A DNA stretch of 64,000 nucleotides, taken from a virus (taxonomy: Duplodnaviria; Caudoviricetes). Both the position numbers and the translations under genes were made by a program. The stretch lies in the IMG/VR virus record IMGVR_UViG_3300046171_000271. One strand, given 5' to 3'. A model generated the notes under the pieces. It had not been told where the DNA came from, ran no database searches, and was given only the letters and a program-made list of their open reading frames with translations. Within the stretch, counting starts at the first letter, position 1. Every line of letters starts with the position of its first letter. Of the stretch, positions 56,550-64,000 are shown one piece after another.

Positions 56550-56748
56550 TCCTATAGTTTTAGAATGGATAGGTGTAGTCCTTGCATTTTTGTTTGGACT
56601 CATTATGATTTGTCAAGGACACTTCATTTACCATCAAAAATATGGATACTCCAGAAAAGAAACCGAAAACCCCGAAGCAAGGGACAGAGTTAGACGACAA
56701 ATCGAAAAGGCGCTTAGAGATTTCAAAAATGATTCATCCTCACGATGA
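56546..56748 (+). CDS. Small membrane protein (start uncertain)
   Basis: PIVLEWIGVVLAFLFG...QGHFIYHQKYGY. Confidence 0.45.
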
Positions 56749-56911
56749 TGAACCTGATCCTACCGCCCATATGGGAAACTATAATTTCCCTCAGATGCTA
56801 TTTGCTTTTTGTCTTGGATTTGTAACTATGTTTGTTCTTTCAGTAAATGAGATAAACGAATTTAAAGGATGTCCTTTGCCAGAATACTTTCAAAATGAGG
56901 TAAAAGGATGA
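56642..56911 (+). CDS. Hypothetical membrane protein
   Basis: MIHPHDDEPDPT...QMLFAFCLGFVTMF. Confidence 0.55.
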   Translation: MDTPEKKPKTPKQGTELDDKSKRRLEISKMIHPHDDEPDPTAHMGNYNFPQMLFAFCLGFVTMFVLSVNEINEFKGCPLPEYFQNEVKG

Positions 56912-57069
56912 TGCATACTGCTGGACGCTTAGCTTATAATGTGTTAAATAATCCATATGGATTAGGTATCCTATCATGGTTTCTTGTATTTGTTCCAATA
57001 ATTGGAATGTGGGCAGTTCATAAGTATGGATGGGAGCACTGGGAACCATTTACTAAAAAACACAAATGA
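56908..57069 (+). CDS. Small membrane protein (not in ORF track)
   Basis: MMHTAGRLAYNVLNNPYGLGILSWFLVFVPILGMWAVHKYGWEHWEPF. Confidence 0.6.
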   Translation: MMHTAGRLAYNVLNNPYGLGILSWFLVFVPIIGMWAVHKYGWEHWEPFTKKHK

Positions 57070-57260
57070 ACATAGTATTACTCGCATGTTTCTTGCCATT
57101 ATTAATAATTTTTATTATAATTAAATTGTCTGTTTGGTTATCCGGAATTTATACCGAAGAAAAGTATGTCGAATCAGAATCCAGACGAGAACACGGCCCA
57201 TATTTGGAAAACCCGTATGAAGATATTGACAGAGAGGCAGAAGAGCGTGAAGGTTTCTGA
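57066..57260 (+). CDS. Small membrane protein
   Basis: N-terminal transmembrane segment, HGPY motif. Confidence 0.6.
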   Translation: MNIVLLACFLPLLIIFIIIKLSVWLSGIYTEEKYVESESRREHGPYLENPYEDIDREAEEREGF

Positions 57261-57396
57261 AATCATTGACGATGCATTGTATCAATATTATGTCGTAGAA
57301 AATGATCTTCCAGTTCCAAATTGGAGATACATAAAGGATCAAGATTGGTGGTTAGAATATCTTGATAGTATGGGTATTGATAGGAGAAATCCATGA
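57247..57396 (+). CDS. Small hypothetical protein
   Basis: GTG start; VSEIIDDALYQYY...VPNWR...WW. Confidence 0.5.
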   Translation: MKVSEIIDDALYQYYVVENDLPVPNWRYIKDQDWWLEYLDSMGIDRRNP

Positions 57397-57593
57397 ATTT
57401 TGAGTTAACAATGGAAGATTTTACAATCATCCAAAATGCTCTACATTATTATAAACATGTAGAGAAACGCGGACATTTTTCACAATATGATGTTGAGCGT
57501 ATAAATCAATTGAGAGATAAGTTATCTTATCAACTAATCCCTAGTATGAATAGTAAAGATGGAACTGTTCCTTCGCCCCCTAGAAAATCCTAA
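57393..57593 (+). CDS. Small hypothetical protein
   Basis: MNFELTMEDFTIIQNALHYY. Confidence 0.6.
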   Translation: MNFELTMEDFTIIQNALHYYKHVEKRGHFSQYDVERINQLRDKLSYQLIPSMNSKDGTVPSPPRKS

Positions 57594-57691
57594 TGATCCT
57601 GTCTGGAGTGTGATTATTTCAATTATCATACTTTTGATAGGAGTTTTTTATATAATCGTCTATATACTAAGAATTGATGAAAGTGAATCTT

Positions 57692-58153
57692 ATGGGAGCG
57701 ATGACACCCCCGAGTCGGAAAAGTTGTTACAACTTTCGAGTGATAGAGATCAATCGAGTAGTGGACGGGGACACGATCGATGTGACGATCGATCTGGGAT
57801 TCGATCTTTACAAGAAGGAGAGAGTGAGAATAGCGGGAGTGGACACCCCGGAGAAAAGAACCAGGGATCTTGATGAAAAAGAACTGGGAATTGATGCTAC
57901 CAATTGGATGAAGGAGAAACTAGACGGTGCTATTTCTGGAGACGACGATCTCATCATTAGAACTGAACTGGTTGGTGGTATGGGTAAGTACGGTAGGCTT
58001 CTTGGTTGGTTATATATTGGAGATGGAGAAACATCGCTAAATGAGCAGATGATTGAAGAAGGATATGCATGGGCATATGATGGTGGAACAAAGCAGAAAA
58101 ACTTTGAGGAACTGAGAGAAATAAGACGTTCTCATGGTACTTTAGTGGGATGA
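57692..58153 (+). CDS. Staphylococcal-nuclease (SNase/thermonuclease) homolog
   Basis: VVDGDTID, RVRIAGVDTPE, KYGRLLG, GYAWAY. Confidence 0.88.
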   Translation: MGAMTPPSRKSCYNFRVIEINRVVDGDTIDVTIDLGFDLYKKERVRIAGVDTPEKRTRDLDEKELGIDATNWMKEKLDGAISGDDDLIIRTELVGGMGKYGRLLGWLYIGDGETSLNEQMIEEGYAWAYDGGTKQKNFEELREIRRSHGTLVG

Positions 58154-58944
58154 TACCATTAATACCTGATGTGAATAATGGAATTAAAAAAATTCCAGAC
58201 ATATCTATTCCAAGTTACATAACAAATCCACCATCTGCATTACCAATATACCCACCAGTGACAACTGAAATTGGTGTACCAATTGTTAATATTCCTGGTT
58301 GTGTTGAAGCACATAAAGATAGTAGTGAAAATCAAACTCTTACTTCAGAAGATGATGATGGTGTGGTAACTTTTTGTGATGCGGGAGCTCCTAATTTTTA
58401 TCCATTAAATTATGACTCAAATATTGAAATAAAACAGGATCCACCCCCACCTCCAGCATATAAACCACCGGAACCTAAACCACCTACAGTTCCAAAAGCA
58501 AAAACACCAAACATACCTAAATCAAAAAAACCTGATTGCCCTTCAGACATACAGGTGTTGACTGAACCTATTGGCGAAGTAATTGGTGATCAAGTTGTAG
58601 TCGAACATCGATTGGTGATGCAAGGAAATAATTGGGTTTGCATTACCGTAAAGAGAGATGTTGATATACCTACTCAAGTATTAGAAAATATTCCTAGTGC
58701 TGGTGCTGTGACGGCAACGGCGTCGATTGCAGTGGTTGCCACGACTTCGGCACTGATCGCAAAACCTCTTGCTGATCTTTTGTTAAGAGTGGTGAAACCG
58801 ACTGTGAAGAAGGTATTGAAGAAGGTTGCTGCCTTACGGGGTAAGAAGATCCGGGAATTGTCTGCCGGGGAACGGCGGGCTGAGCAGAGACAGAGGAACC
58901 ACGCGCTGAAGATGCTGCGTTCTGTAACCCCGAAGAAGAAATAG
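58150..58944 (+). CDS. Pro-rich membrane-anchored hypothetical protein
   Basis: PPPP-rich centre, hydrophobic TATASIAVVATT segment, basic tail. Confidence 0.75.
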   Translation: MIPLIPDVNNGIKKIPDISIPSYITNPPSALPIYPPVTTEIGVPIVNIPGCVEAHKDSSENQTLTSEDDDGVVTFCDAGAPNFYPLNYDSNIEIKQDPPPPPAYKPPEPKPPTVPKAKTPNIPKSKKPDCPSDIQVLTEPIGEVIGDQVVVEHRLVMQGNNWVCITVKRDVDIPTQVLENIPSAGAVTATASIAVVATTSALIAKPLADLLLRVVKPTVKKVLKKVAALRGKKIRELSAGERRAEQRQRNHALKMLRSVTPKKK

Positions 58945-59745
58945 GACGTGGGATAGAATGACGATGAGGCGATATTACGTTTACGTTTTGCACTAATACG
59001 TCTGCACAAATTTTTCCATATTGACTACGTGGATGAAAACGAATTCCTGCTTTCATTAACTCACCACAATTTTTTAGTCTGGCTAATTCAAAGTCCAACC
59101 GCTTATTAGCAAGTAATTGTGTTTGTAGAGCGATTTGAGTTTCTGCTGCTGTCTTACAACGCTCTTGTAATCCTCCATCAAGAGGTATAGAAAGAGTCGC
59201 GGATAATCCAATACTGGTGCTATAGTTTCTTGTATTACCAGTTCTTACTGGTTTTTTCCAAAGTTCTGATCCAGGATTATCAGGAACGCCATCACCCTGC
59301 ATTTCCATAACGGTGATAGTCATATCCTGTCCATCTTCATATGCTCTTACTTCTTCTCCTTCAGCATTAATATATGTTCTATTATCATACCATTCTTCCC
59401 AAGGCCAGTTCTTTACATTTTTTTGTACTTCTACCATTCTTCCTTCAAAATCTCTAGCATCATATTGAGGTTCCAAATAAAAAGTTTCAAAGGGATCCTT
59501 ATCATTTTTAGCATGTGTAATGTAAGGTGTAAAGTTCGCAGTAGGCCCCTGGCAACTAATACCACCACCATAAGTGTTTGTAATATAAGGCCCTTGAAGC
59601 ACCTGAATAGCCTGATTGGTAACTGAGCCTGATGAATTAGCTATTGGATTTGCTGTTGCACTTACACCCCCCACATCTGCCGCCAGTGTGACAGGGGCAG
59701 TCGCAAGATTTGTTAGACATAGTGCTATTGGGTAAAGATACTTGT
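58694..59745 (-). CDS. Secreted hypothetical protein; on the minus strand although labelled + in the track; start unclear
   Basis: Reverse complement gives YKYLYPIALCLTNLATAPVTLA-ADVGGVSATANP...QGP...SCQGPT...GLSATLSIPLD...RLDFELARLKNC. The only in-frame ATG is at 60016. Confidence 0.75.
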
Positions 59746-60195
59746 AGTGTCGGTTACGCTGGTAACTTCTGTGACTCTTTGAATCACTGTTTGGTTTGAA
59801 ACCCCAGGCCCGTCGTAGGTTTGAGTAAACTGGAATGCTTCTCCGGGGTTTGTTATCGTGAACTTTGAATTGGAAAAGTCTAGTCCAGCTGAAGGACTTG
59901 TTATTTGTCCCTCTGCTCCTCCTAGAGGATTCACTATCACATTGTTGTTTGTTGTAGAAGGCAGTAAAGGTTGTCCGTTGTTGGACACGTTGCTTCCAGT
60001 TACTGAGTATTGCCATCCTGTATTATAATCTATTGAATTTATAGTTTCAGTCACTTTCGATGTCGTTTCTGTGTGGCTCGTCATAGAGCCCTGTGTGAAA
60101 TTTGGAACGACAGGCACTGAGTATGCTGGTTGAGTCAAACCATGGATGATACCAAGAATCAACCCAAAAGAGATTGCTTCTTGAAGTCTAGTCAT
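59725..60195 (-). CDS. Secreted Ser/Thr-rich hypothetical protein
   Basis: Signal peptide, then VPVVPNFTQGSM...FQFTQTY. Confidence 0.8.
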   Translation of the reverse strand: MTRLQEAISFGLILGIIHGLTQPAYSVPVVPNFTQGSMTSHTETTSKVTETINSIDYNTGWQYSVTGSNVSNNGQPLLPSTTNNNVIVNPLGGAEGQITSPSAGLDFSNSKFTITNPGEAFQFTQTYDGPGVSNQTVIQRVTEVTSVTDTTSIFTQ

Positions 60196-60692
60196 CAGTC
60201 GATTACAGTGATCTCAGAGACAAATTGGCCGATAGCCGTGGATCCAGCTCCACCCGCAGTCACCGTAAGTGCGCCAGATGATGTTACAGTACCTGCTAGA
60301 GAGGTATTATCGCCAGCAGCGTAAGAAGTTACACTGGAGAAATTAGGTGCTGCACCTAAAGAGACAGCAGCAGTTGGTACTGCATCTGCTTGAGTATAAG
60401 ATTGACTGAATGAGAACGCAGAACCAGCAGTATCTTGAGTTGCTGAAATAGTTCCAGGATTATATACCCCAGAAGTAATTGTACCGGCAGAAACAGTTCC
60501 TGCAGTTGTACCATCAGTAGTATCGATATTAGATCCAGAGATACTAAATGAAGATCCAATTCTGGAAGATGTTGCTCTCGCTGCATCAACAGTTAATTGA
60601 ACACTAGATGCATGTTTAGAAACAAGTCCGCCTGCATTAACAGAACTTGCAGTCAAAAATAACATTCCAAAAGCAATTAACGCTTTTTTCAT
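60195..60692 (-). CDS. Secreted Ser/Thr/Gly-rich hypothetical protein
   Basis: MKKALIAFGMLFLTASSVNA signal peptide; AFSFSQSY motif shared with the downstream gene. Confidence 0.8.
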   Translation of the reverse strand: MKKALIAFGMLFLTASSVNAGGLVSKHASSVQLTVDAARATSSRIGSSFSISGSNIDTTDGTTAGTVSAGTITSGVYNPGTISATQDTAGSAFSFSQSYTQADAVPTAAVSLGAAPNFSSVTSYAAGDNTSLAGTVTSSGALTVTAGGAGSTAIGQFVSEITVID

Positions 60693-60806
60693 TTATCTAA
60701 GCACATAGGCAAAAGTATTTAGATTTTTTATTTATCTACAAGATATTTTTGTATCTTCAAGAACAACAAACCTAGTCTAACTAATTTTTTAACTAGAGTC
60801 AAGAGG

Positions 60807-60840
60807 TTGACAAAGTCAGGATTTCAGTATATTATAAATA
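60807..60840 (+). promoter_or_regulatory. psbA promoters: sigma70 plus T4 late
   Basis: TTGACA-N17-TATTAT (60807-60835) overlapping TATAAATA (60833-60840). Confidence 0.75.
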
Positions 60841-60877
60841 CATCAACGACATGGAACGTTAAGTTCTGTAAAGTTGT

Positions 60878-60980
60878 ATTACTCTCTGCAAACCGAGGCC
60901 TCTAGGGAGTATAAAAACGCCTCTAATACCTATCTCTGAGGGTGAGATAGGAATATTTACTTCAGTGTCCCTGCACTCAT
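60878..60980 (+). ncRNA. Structured psbA leader (PhotoRC-II-like)
   Basis: GAGGC/GCCTC stem (60895-60923), CCTATCTC/GAGATAGG (60929-60951), AGTG/CACT, and 60880-60887 pairing with 60904-60911 (pseudoknot). Position matches the PhotoRC motifs known upstream of cyanophage psbA. Confidence 0.6.
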
Positions 60981-60998
60981 AATTAACCCTTTTTCAAA

Positions 60999-62075
60999 AT
61001 GGCTTCAACTCTTTCAAGGCAACAAACATCCACTTGGGAAAATTTCTGCGAGTGGGTAACTTCTACCAACAACCGTCTGTATGTCGGTTGGTTCGGCGTA
61101 CTGATGATCCCAACTCTGTTGGCAGCAACAATTTGCTTCATTGTCGCTTTCGTCGCTGCTCCCCCTGTGGACATCGACGGCATCCGTGAACCCGTTGCTG
61201 GTTCTTTAATTTACGGTAATAACATTATCTCTGGTGCTGTTGTACCTTCTTCTAACGCTATCGGACTTCATTTCTATCCCATCTGGGAAGCAGCTTCTCT
61301 CGATGAGTGGTTGTATAATGGTGGCCCTTACCAGTTAGTTGTTTTCCACTTCCTCATTGGCGTCTTCGCATATATGGGACGTGAGTGGGAACTGTCATAC
61401 CGTTTGGGTATGCGCCCCTGGATCTGCGTAGCATACTCTGCACCTGTTGCAGCAGCATCCGCAGTTTTCCTTGTCTATCCTTTCGGCCAAGGTAGTTTCT
61501 CCGATGGTATGCCTCTTGGTATCTCTGGTACTTTTAACTATATGCTTGTATTCCAAGCAGAACACAATATCCTTATGCACCCGTTCCACATGCTCGGTGT
61601 TGCTGGGGTATTCGGTGGATCTCTTTTCTCTGCTATGCATGGAAGTCTGGTTACTTCTTCGCTGGTTCGTGAAACCACAGAAACTGAGTCCCAGAACTAT
61701 GGTTACAAGTTCGGACAAGAGGAAGAAACATACAACATCGTCGCTGCACACGGTTACTTTGGACGTTTGATCTTCCAATACGCTTCCTTCAACAACTCCC
61801 GTTCGCTGCACTTCTTCTTGGCAGCATGGCCTGTTGTCGGTATCTGGTTCACTGCTCTTGGTGTTAGCACCATGGCATTCAACCTGAATGGTTTTAACTT
61901 CAACCAGTCCATTATCGATGGACAAGGACGAGTTCTGAATACCTGGGCAGATGTTCTTAATCGCGCTGGACTTGGAATGGAAGTAATGCACGAGCGTAAT
62001 GCTCACAACTTCCCTCTCGATCTCGCTGCTGCTGAGTCAACTCCTGTTGCTCTGACTGCACCTACCATTGGATGA
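60999..62075 (+). CDS. psbA: Photosystem II D1 protein
   Basis: Full-length D1 ([29 protein letters not shown]); no intron. Confidence 0.99.
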   Translation: MASTLSRQQTSTWENFCEWVTSTNNRLYVGWFGVLMIPTLLAATICFIVAFVAAPPVDIDGIREPVAGSLIYGNNIISGAVVPSSNAIGLHFYPIWEAASLDEWLYNGGPYQLVVFHFLIGVFAYMGREWELSYRLGMRPWICVAYSAPVAAASAVFLVYPFGQGSFSDGMPLGISGTFNYMLVFQAEHNILMHPFHMLGVAGVFGGSLFSAMHGSLVTSSLVRETTETESQNYGYKFGQEEETYNIVAAHGYFGRLIFQYASFNNSRSLHFFLAAWPVVGIWFTALGVSTMAFNLNGFNFNQSIIDGQGRVLNTWADVLNRAGLGMEVMHERNAHNFPLDLAAAESTPVALTAPTIG

Positions 62076-62094
62076 TATGCAACCTGGTAGTTTC

Positions 62095-62124
62095 AACCCT
62101 CTCACGTCAGTGGGGGGGTTTTTT
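62095..62124 (+). terminator. Terminator after psbA
   Basis: AACCCTCTCAC/GTGGGGGGGTT stem followed by a T-run. Confidence 0.8.
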
Positions 62125-62196
62125 ATAGGCATTTTAACTCTAGTATTACCACTACTAGTTGTGATAATATTCTAAAATACAAAAAGGTAAATAAAA

Positions 62197-63252
62197 ATGG
62201 TAACATCAACTATTAAACAACCAACAAGGGGGTGGTTCGATGTCCTTGATGACTGGCTTAAACGCGATCGCTTTGTCTTTGTGGGTTGGAGTGGACTACT
62301 TCTTTTTCCCACTGCTTATCTCGCAATTGGTGGCTGGCTTACTGGTACTACGTTTGTCACGTCTTGGTACACTCACGGACTCGCAAGTAGTTATCTTGAG
62401 GGTGCTAATTTTCTTACAGCGGCTGTGTCAACGCCTGCTGATGTTATGGGCCATTCTCTTCTTCTACTTTGGGGTCCTGAGTCTCAGGGAGATTTCGTCC
62501 GGTGGTGCCAACTTGGAGGGCTTTGGGCCTTTGTTGCTCTCCACGGTGCCTTTGCCCTAATTGGATTCATGCTTCGTCAATTTGAAATCAGTCGTCTAGT
62601 AGGTATTCGTCCTTACAATGCTATTGCGTTCTCTGGGCCTATTGCTGTTTTTGTCTCTGTTTTCCTCATCTATCCACTCGGACAGTCGAGTTGGTTCTTT
62701 GCGCCGAGTTTCGGTGTTGCGGCGATTTTCCGCTTCCTACTCTTCCTCCAAGGCTTTTCATAACTGGACGCTCAATCCCTTTCCATATGATGGGAGTAGC
62801 AGGTATCCTGGGTGGTGCTCTGCTTTCTGCTATCCATGGTGTCACTGTGGAGAACACATTGTATGAAGATGGAGATCAAGCAAACACATTCAAGCTTTTG
62901 ATTCCACGCAGGAAGAAGAAACTTATTCAATGGTCACTGCAAACAGATTTTGGTCACAGATCTTGGGATCGCGTTTAGTAATAAGAGGTGGTTGCATTTC
63001 TTTATGCTTTTTGTTCCTGTCATGGGCCTTTGGACTTCCTCTATTGGCATCATTGGCCTTGCTCTTAATCTTCGCGCCTATGATTTTGTAAGTCAGGAGA
63101 TTAGAGCTTCTGAAGATCCTGAATTTGAAACGTTTTACACAAAGAACATTCTTTTAAATGAGGGACTCCGTGCATGGATGGCACCAGTAGATCAACCTCA
63201 TGAATCATTTGTATTTCCAGAGGAAGTTCTTCCGAGGGGCAACGCACTCTAA
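62197..63252 (+). CDS. psbD: Photosystem II D2 protein, split by four single-base indels
   Basis: D2 sequence continues across frames ([20 protein letters not shown]...TFK/AFD...[14 protein letters not shown]...PRGNAL*). Total span 1056 nt = 351 aa. Confidence 0.93.
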
Positions 63253-63323
63253 TCTTTAATAAGGATTTCTCTTATTAAAGGAAACCCACTAAACCTTTAA
63301 TAAGATACTTCCATAATCGTCAC

Positions 63324-63361
63324 AGCACTCCTTCACAGGGGTGCTTTTTTTATTGTATAAT
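63324..63361 (+). terminator. Terminator with a -35-like loop and downstream TATAAT
   Basis: AGCACTCC-TTCACA-GGGGTGCT plus T-run; N18; TATAAT 63356-63361. Confidence 0.75.
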
Positions 63362-63381
63362 ACTCTTAGTGTGGATTTATT

Positions 63382-63690
63382 ATGACTCACTTTGATTACA
63401 TCACAAAACATATGCTTCCTGGTTGGGTTGAGTCTTGGACTTATAACTTCAGGATATGGGCAGATTTAATGACTGGTAACTACAAACCATATGCAAATCC
63501 TTGGGGTGAAAGTCCAGAACGAGAATGTTATGAATGGTTCTGGACATCTATTAATCTAGATGATATATACACCAAAGAGTTTATTGAAGAACTTTTGCAG
63601 ATGAAGAAAGATGTTGAGAGTGGTAAAGTAAAAACATATCCTTTGGATGATGTTCTCAAATTATGGGGAGAGGACAATGAACAACTTTGA
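63382..63690 (+). CDS. Hypothetical protein
   Basis: 102-aa ORF after a promoter. Confidence 0.65.
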   Translation: MTHFDYITKHMLPGWVESWTYNFRIWADLMTGNYKPYANPWGESPERECYEWFWTSINLDDIYTKEFIEELLQMKKDVESGKVKTYPLDDVLKLWGEDNEQL

Positions 63691-63889
63691 AGTATTCTTT
63701 TATTTCGTTTGCTTTGCTGTTATTGCAGGTGCTGCATTTGCGATGATGTGGAGTAATATTCAATCTATCAATATGATGATGGATGAACCTCCTAAACCAA
63801 AACATCCTGAAGCACCAGAAGAAGGAGATGAGGTTATGTATGTTGATTTGTCTAGGGAAAGACTGGAAAAGTTGTATGAGGACGAGTAA
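63677..63889 (+). CDS. Small membrane protein (DUF2973-like)
   Basis: Transmembrane segment then KHPEAP...VMYVDL. Confidence 0.6.
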   Translation: MNNFEVFFYFVCFAVIAGAAFAMMWSNIQSINMMMDEPPKPKHPEAPEEGDEVMYVDLSRERLEKLYEDE

Positions 63890-63894
63890 TAACT

Positions 63895-64000
63895 ATGCTT
63901 ACGATTATTAATCATGTAACTGCATTTTGGACAGTGGTTGTTATGAATTGCATTCAACCTGTCAATTGGCAACAATGTCTACCTGTTCATGAATGGTTGT
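63895..64000 (+). CDS. Hypothetical protein, runs off the window
   Basis: MLTIINHVTAFWTVVVMNCIQPVNWQQCLPVHEWL... Confidence 0.55.
   Translation, partial: MLTIINHVTAFWTVVVMNCIQPVNWQQCLPVHEWL

Noticed and set aside
57559-57873. 104-aa ORF overlapping the SNase gene
   Set aside because: Only the first ~40 codons look like a small membrane gene; the rest is an out-of-frame overlap. Not reported with confidence.
58694-60016. Track ORF labelled + strand, 440 aa
   Set aside because: The translation matches the reverse complement, not the + strand. It was re-annotated as a minus-strand gene, and its first ~90 aa are probably overlap with the upstream gene.
61395-62006. 203-aa minus-strand ORF
   Set aside because: Antisense shadow of psbA with no recognisable motif.
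60999-62075. Group I intron or homing endonuclease in or next to psbA
   Set aside because: psbA is uninterrupted, and the psbA-psbD spacer is only about 120 nt.
62197-63252. psbD as a true pseudogene or as several separate ORFs
   Set aside because: The indels lie in homopolymers and cancel out, and the amino-acid sequence is otherwise well conserved, so error is more parsimonious.
159-63975. Numerous 60-130-aa alternative-frame and minus-strand ORFs in the track
   Set aside because: They overlap well-supported genes and lack RBS, motif or operon support.
1-64000. CRISPR array, rRNA, IS/transposase or integrase
   Set aside because: No regularly spaced repeats, rRNA-like sequence, DDE or tyrosine-recombinase motifs were seen.

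Overview
This 64-kb window comes from a T4-like cyanobacterial myovirus (Kyanoviridae-type, most likely infecting Synechococcus), and almost all genes are on the + strand. In order: (1) the T4-type replication module (gp45, gp44, gp62, regA, hsp20, gp43, uvsX, gp41, mazG); (2) late/virion-type genes, primase gp61 and nrdA/nrdB; (3) eight tRNAs; (4) a ~16-kb island of about 18 sugar-nucleotide, glycosyltransferase, methyltransferase and radical SAM genes plus nadE; (5) two porin-like genes with pstS; (6) host-derived metabolic genes (hli x2, petE, PTOX, gnd, zwf, psbA, psbD); and (7) a three-gene minus-strand operon of secreted proteins. The best candidate for an undescribed system is a ~1.9-kb cassette between regA and hsp20. 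It is bounded by a 41-nt imperfect direct repeat and carries its own early and late promoters, a ~120-nt multi-hairpin, possibly pseudoknotted RNA leader, and a divergent SF2 helicase/ATPase. Other notable items are a DUF4338/DruA-like gene inside the clamp-loader operon, an AT-rich PD-(D/E)xK-like gene, recurrent terminator-promoter modules with the -35 hexamer in the hairpin loop, and late promoters driving the glycosylation island. Several genes (psbD, the cytidyltransferase, two island genes and a large basic protein) are split by single-base indels that look like sequencing errors. The supplied ORF 58694..60016 is labelled + but is actually on the minus strand. All family assignments are from motif recognition by eye; no searches were run.
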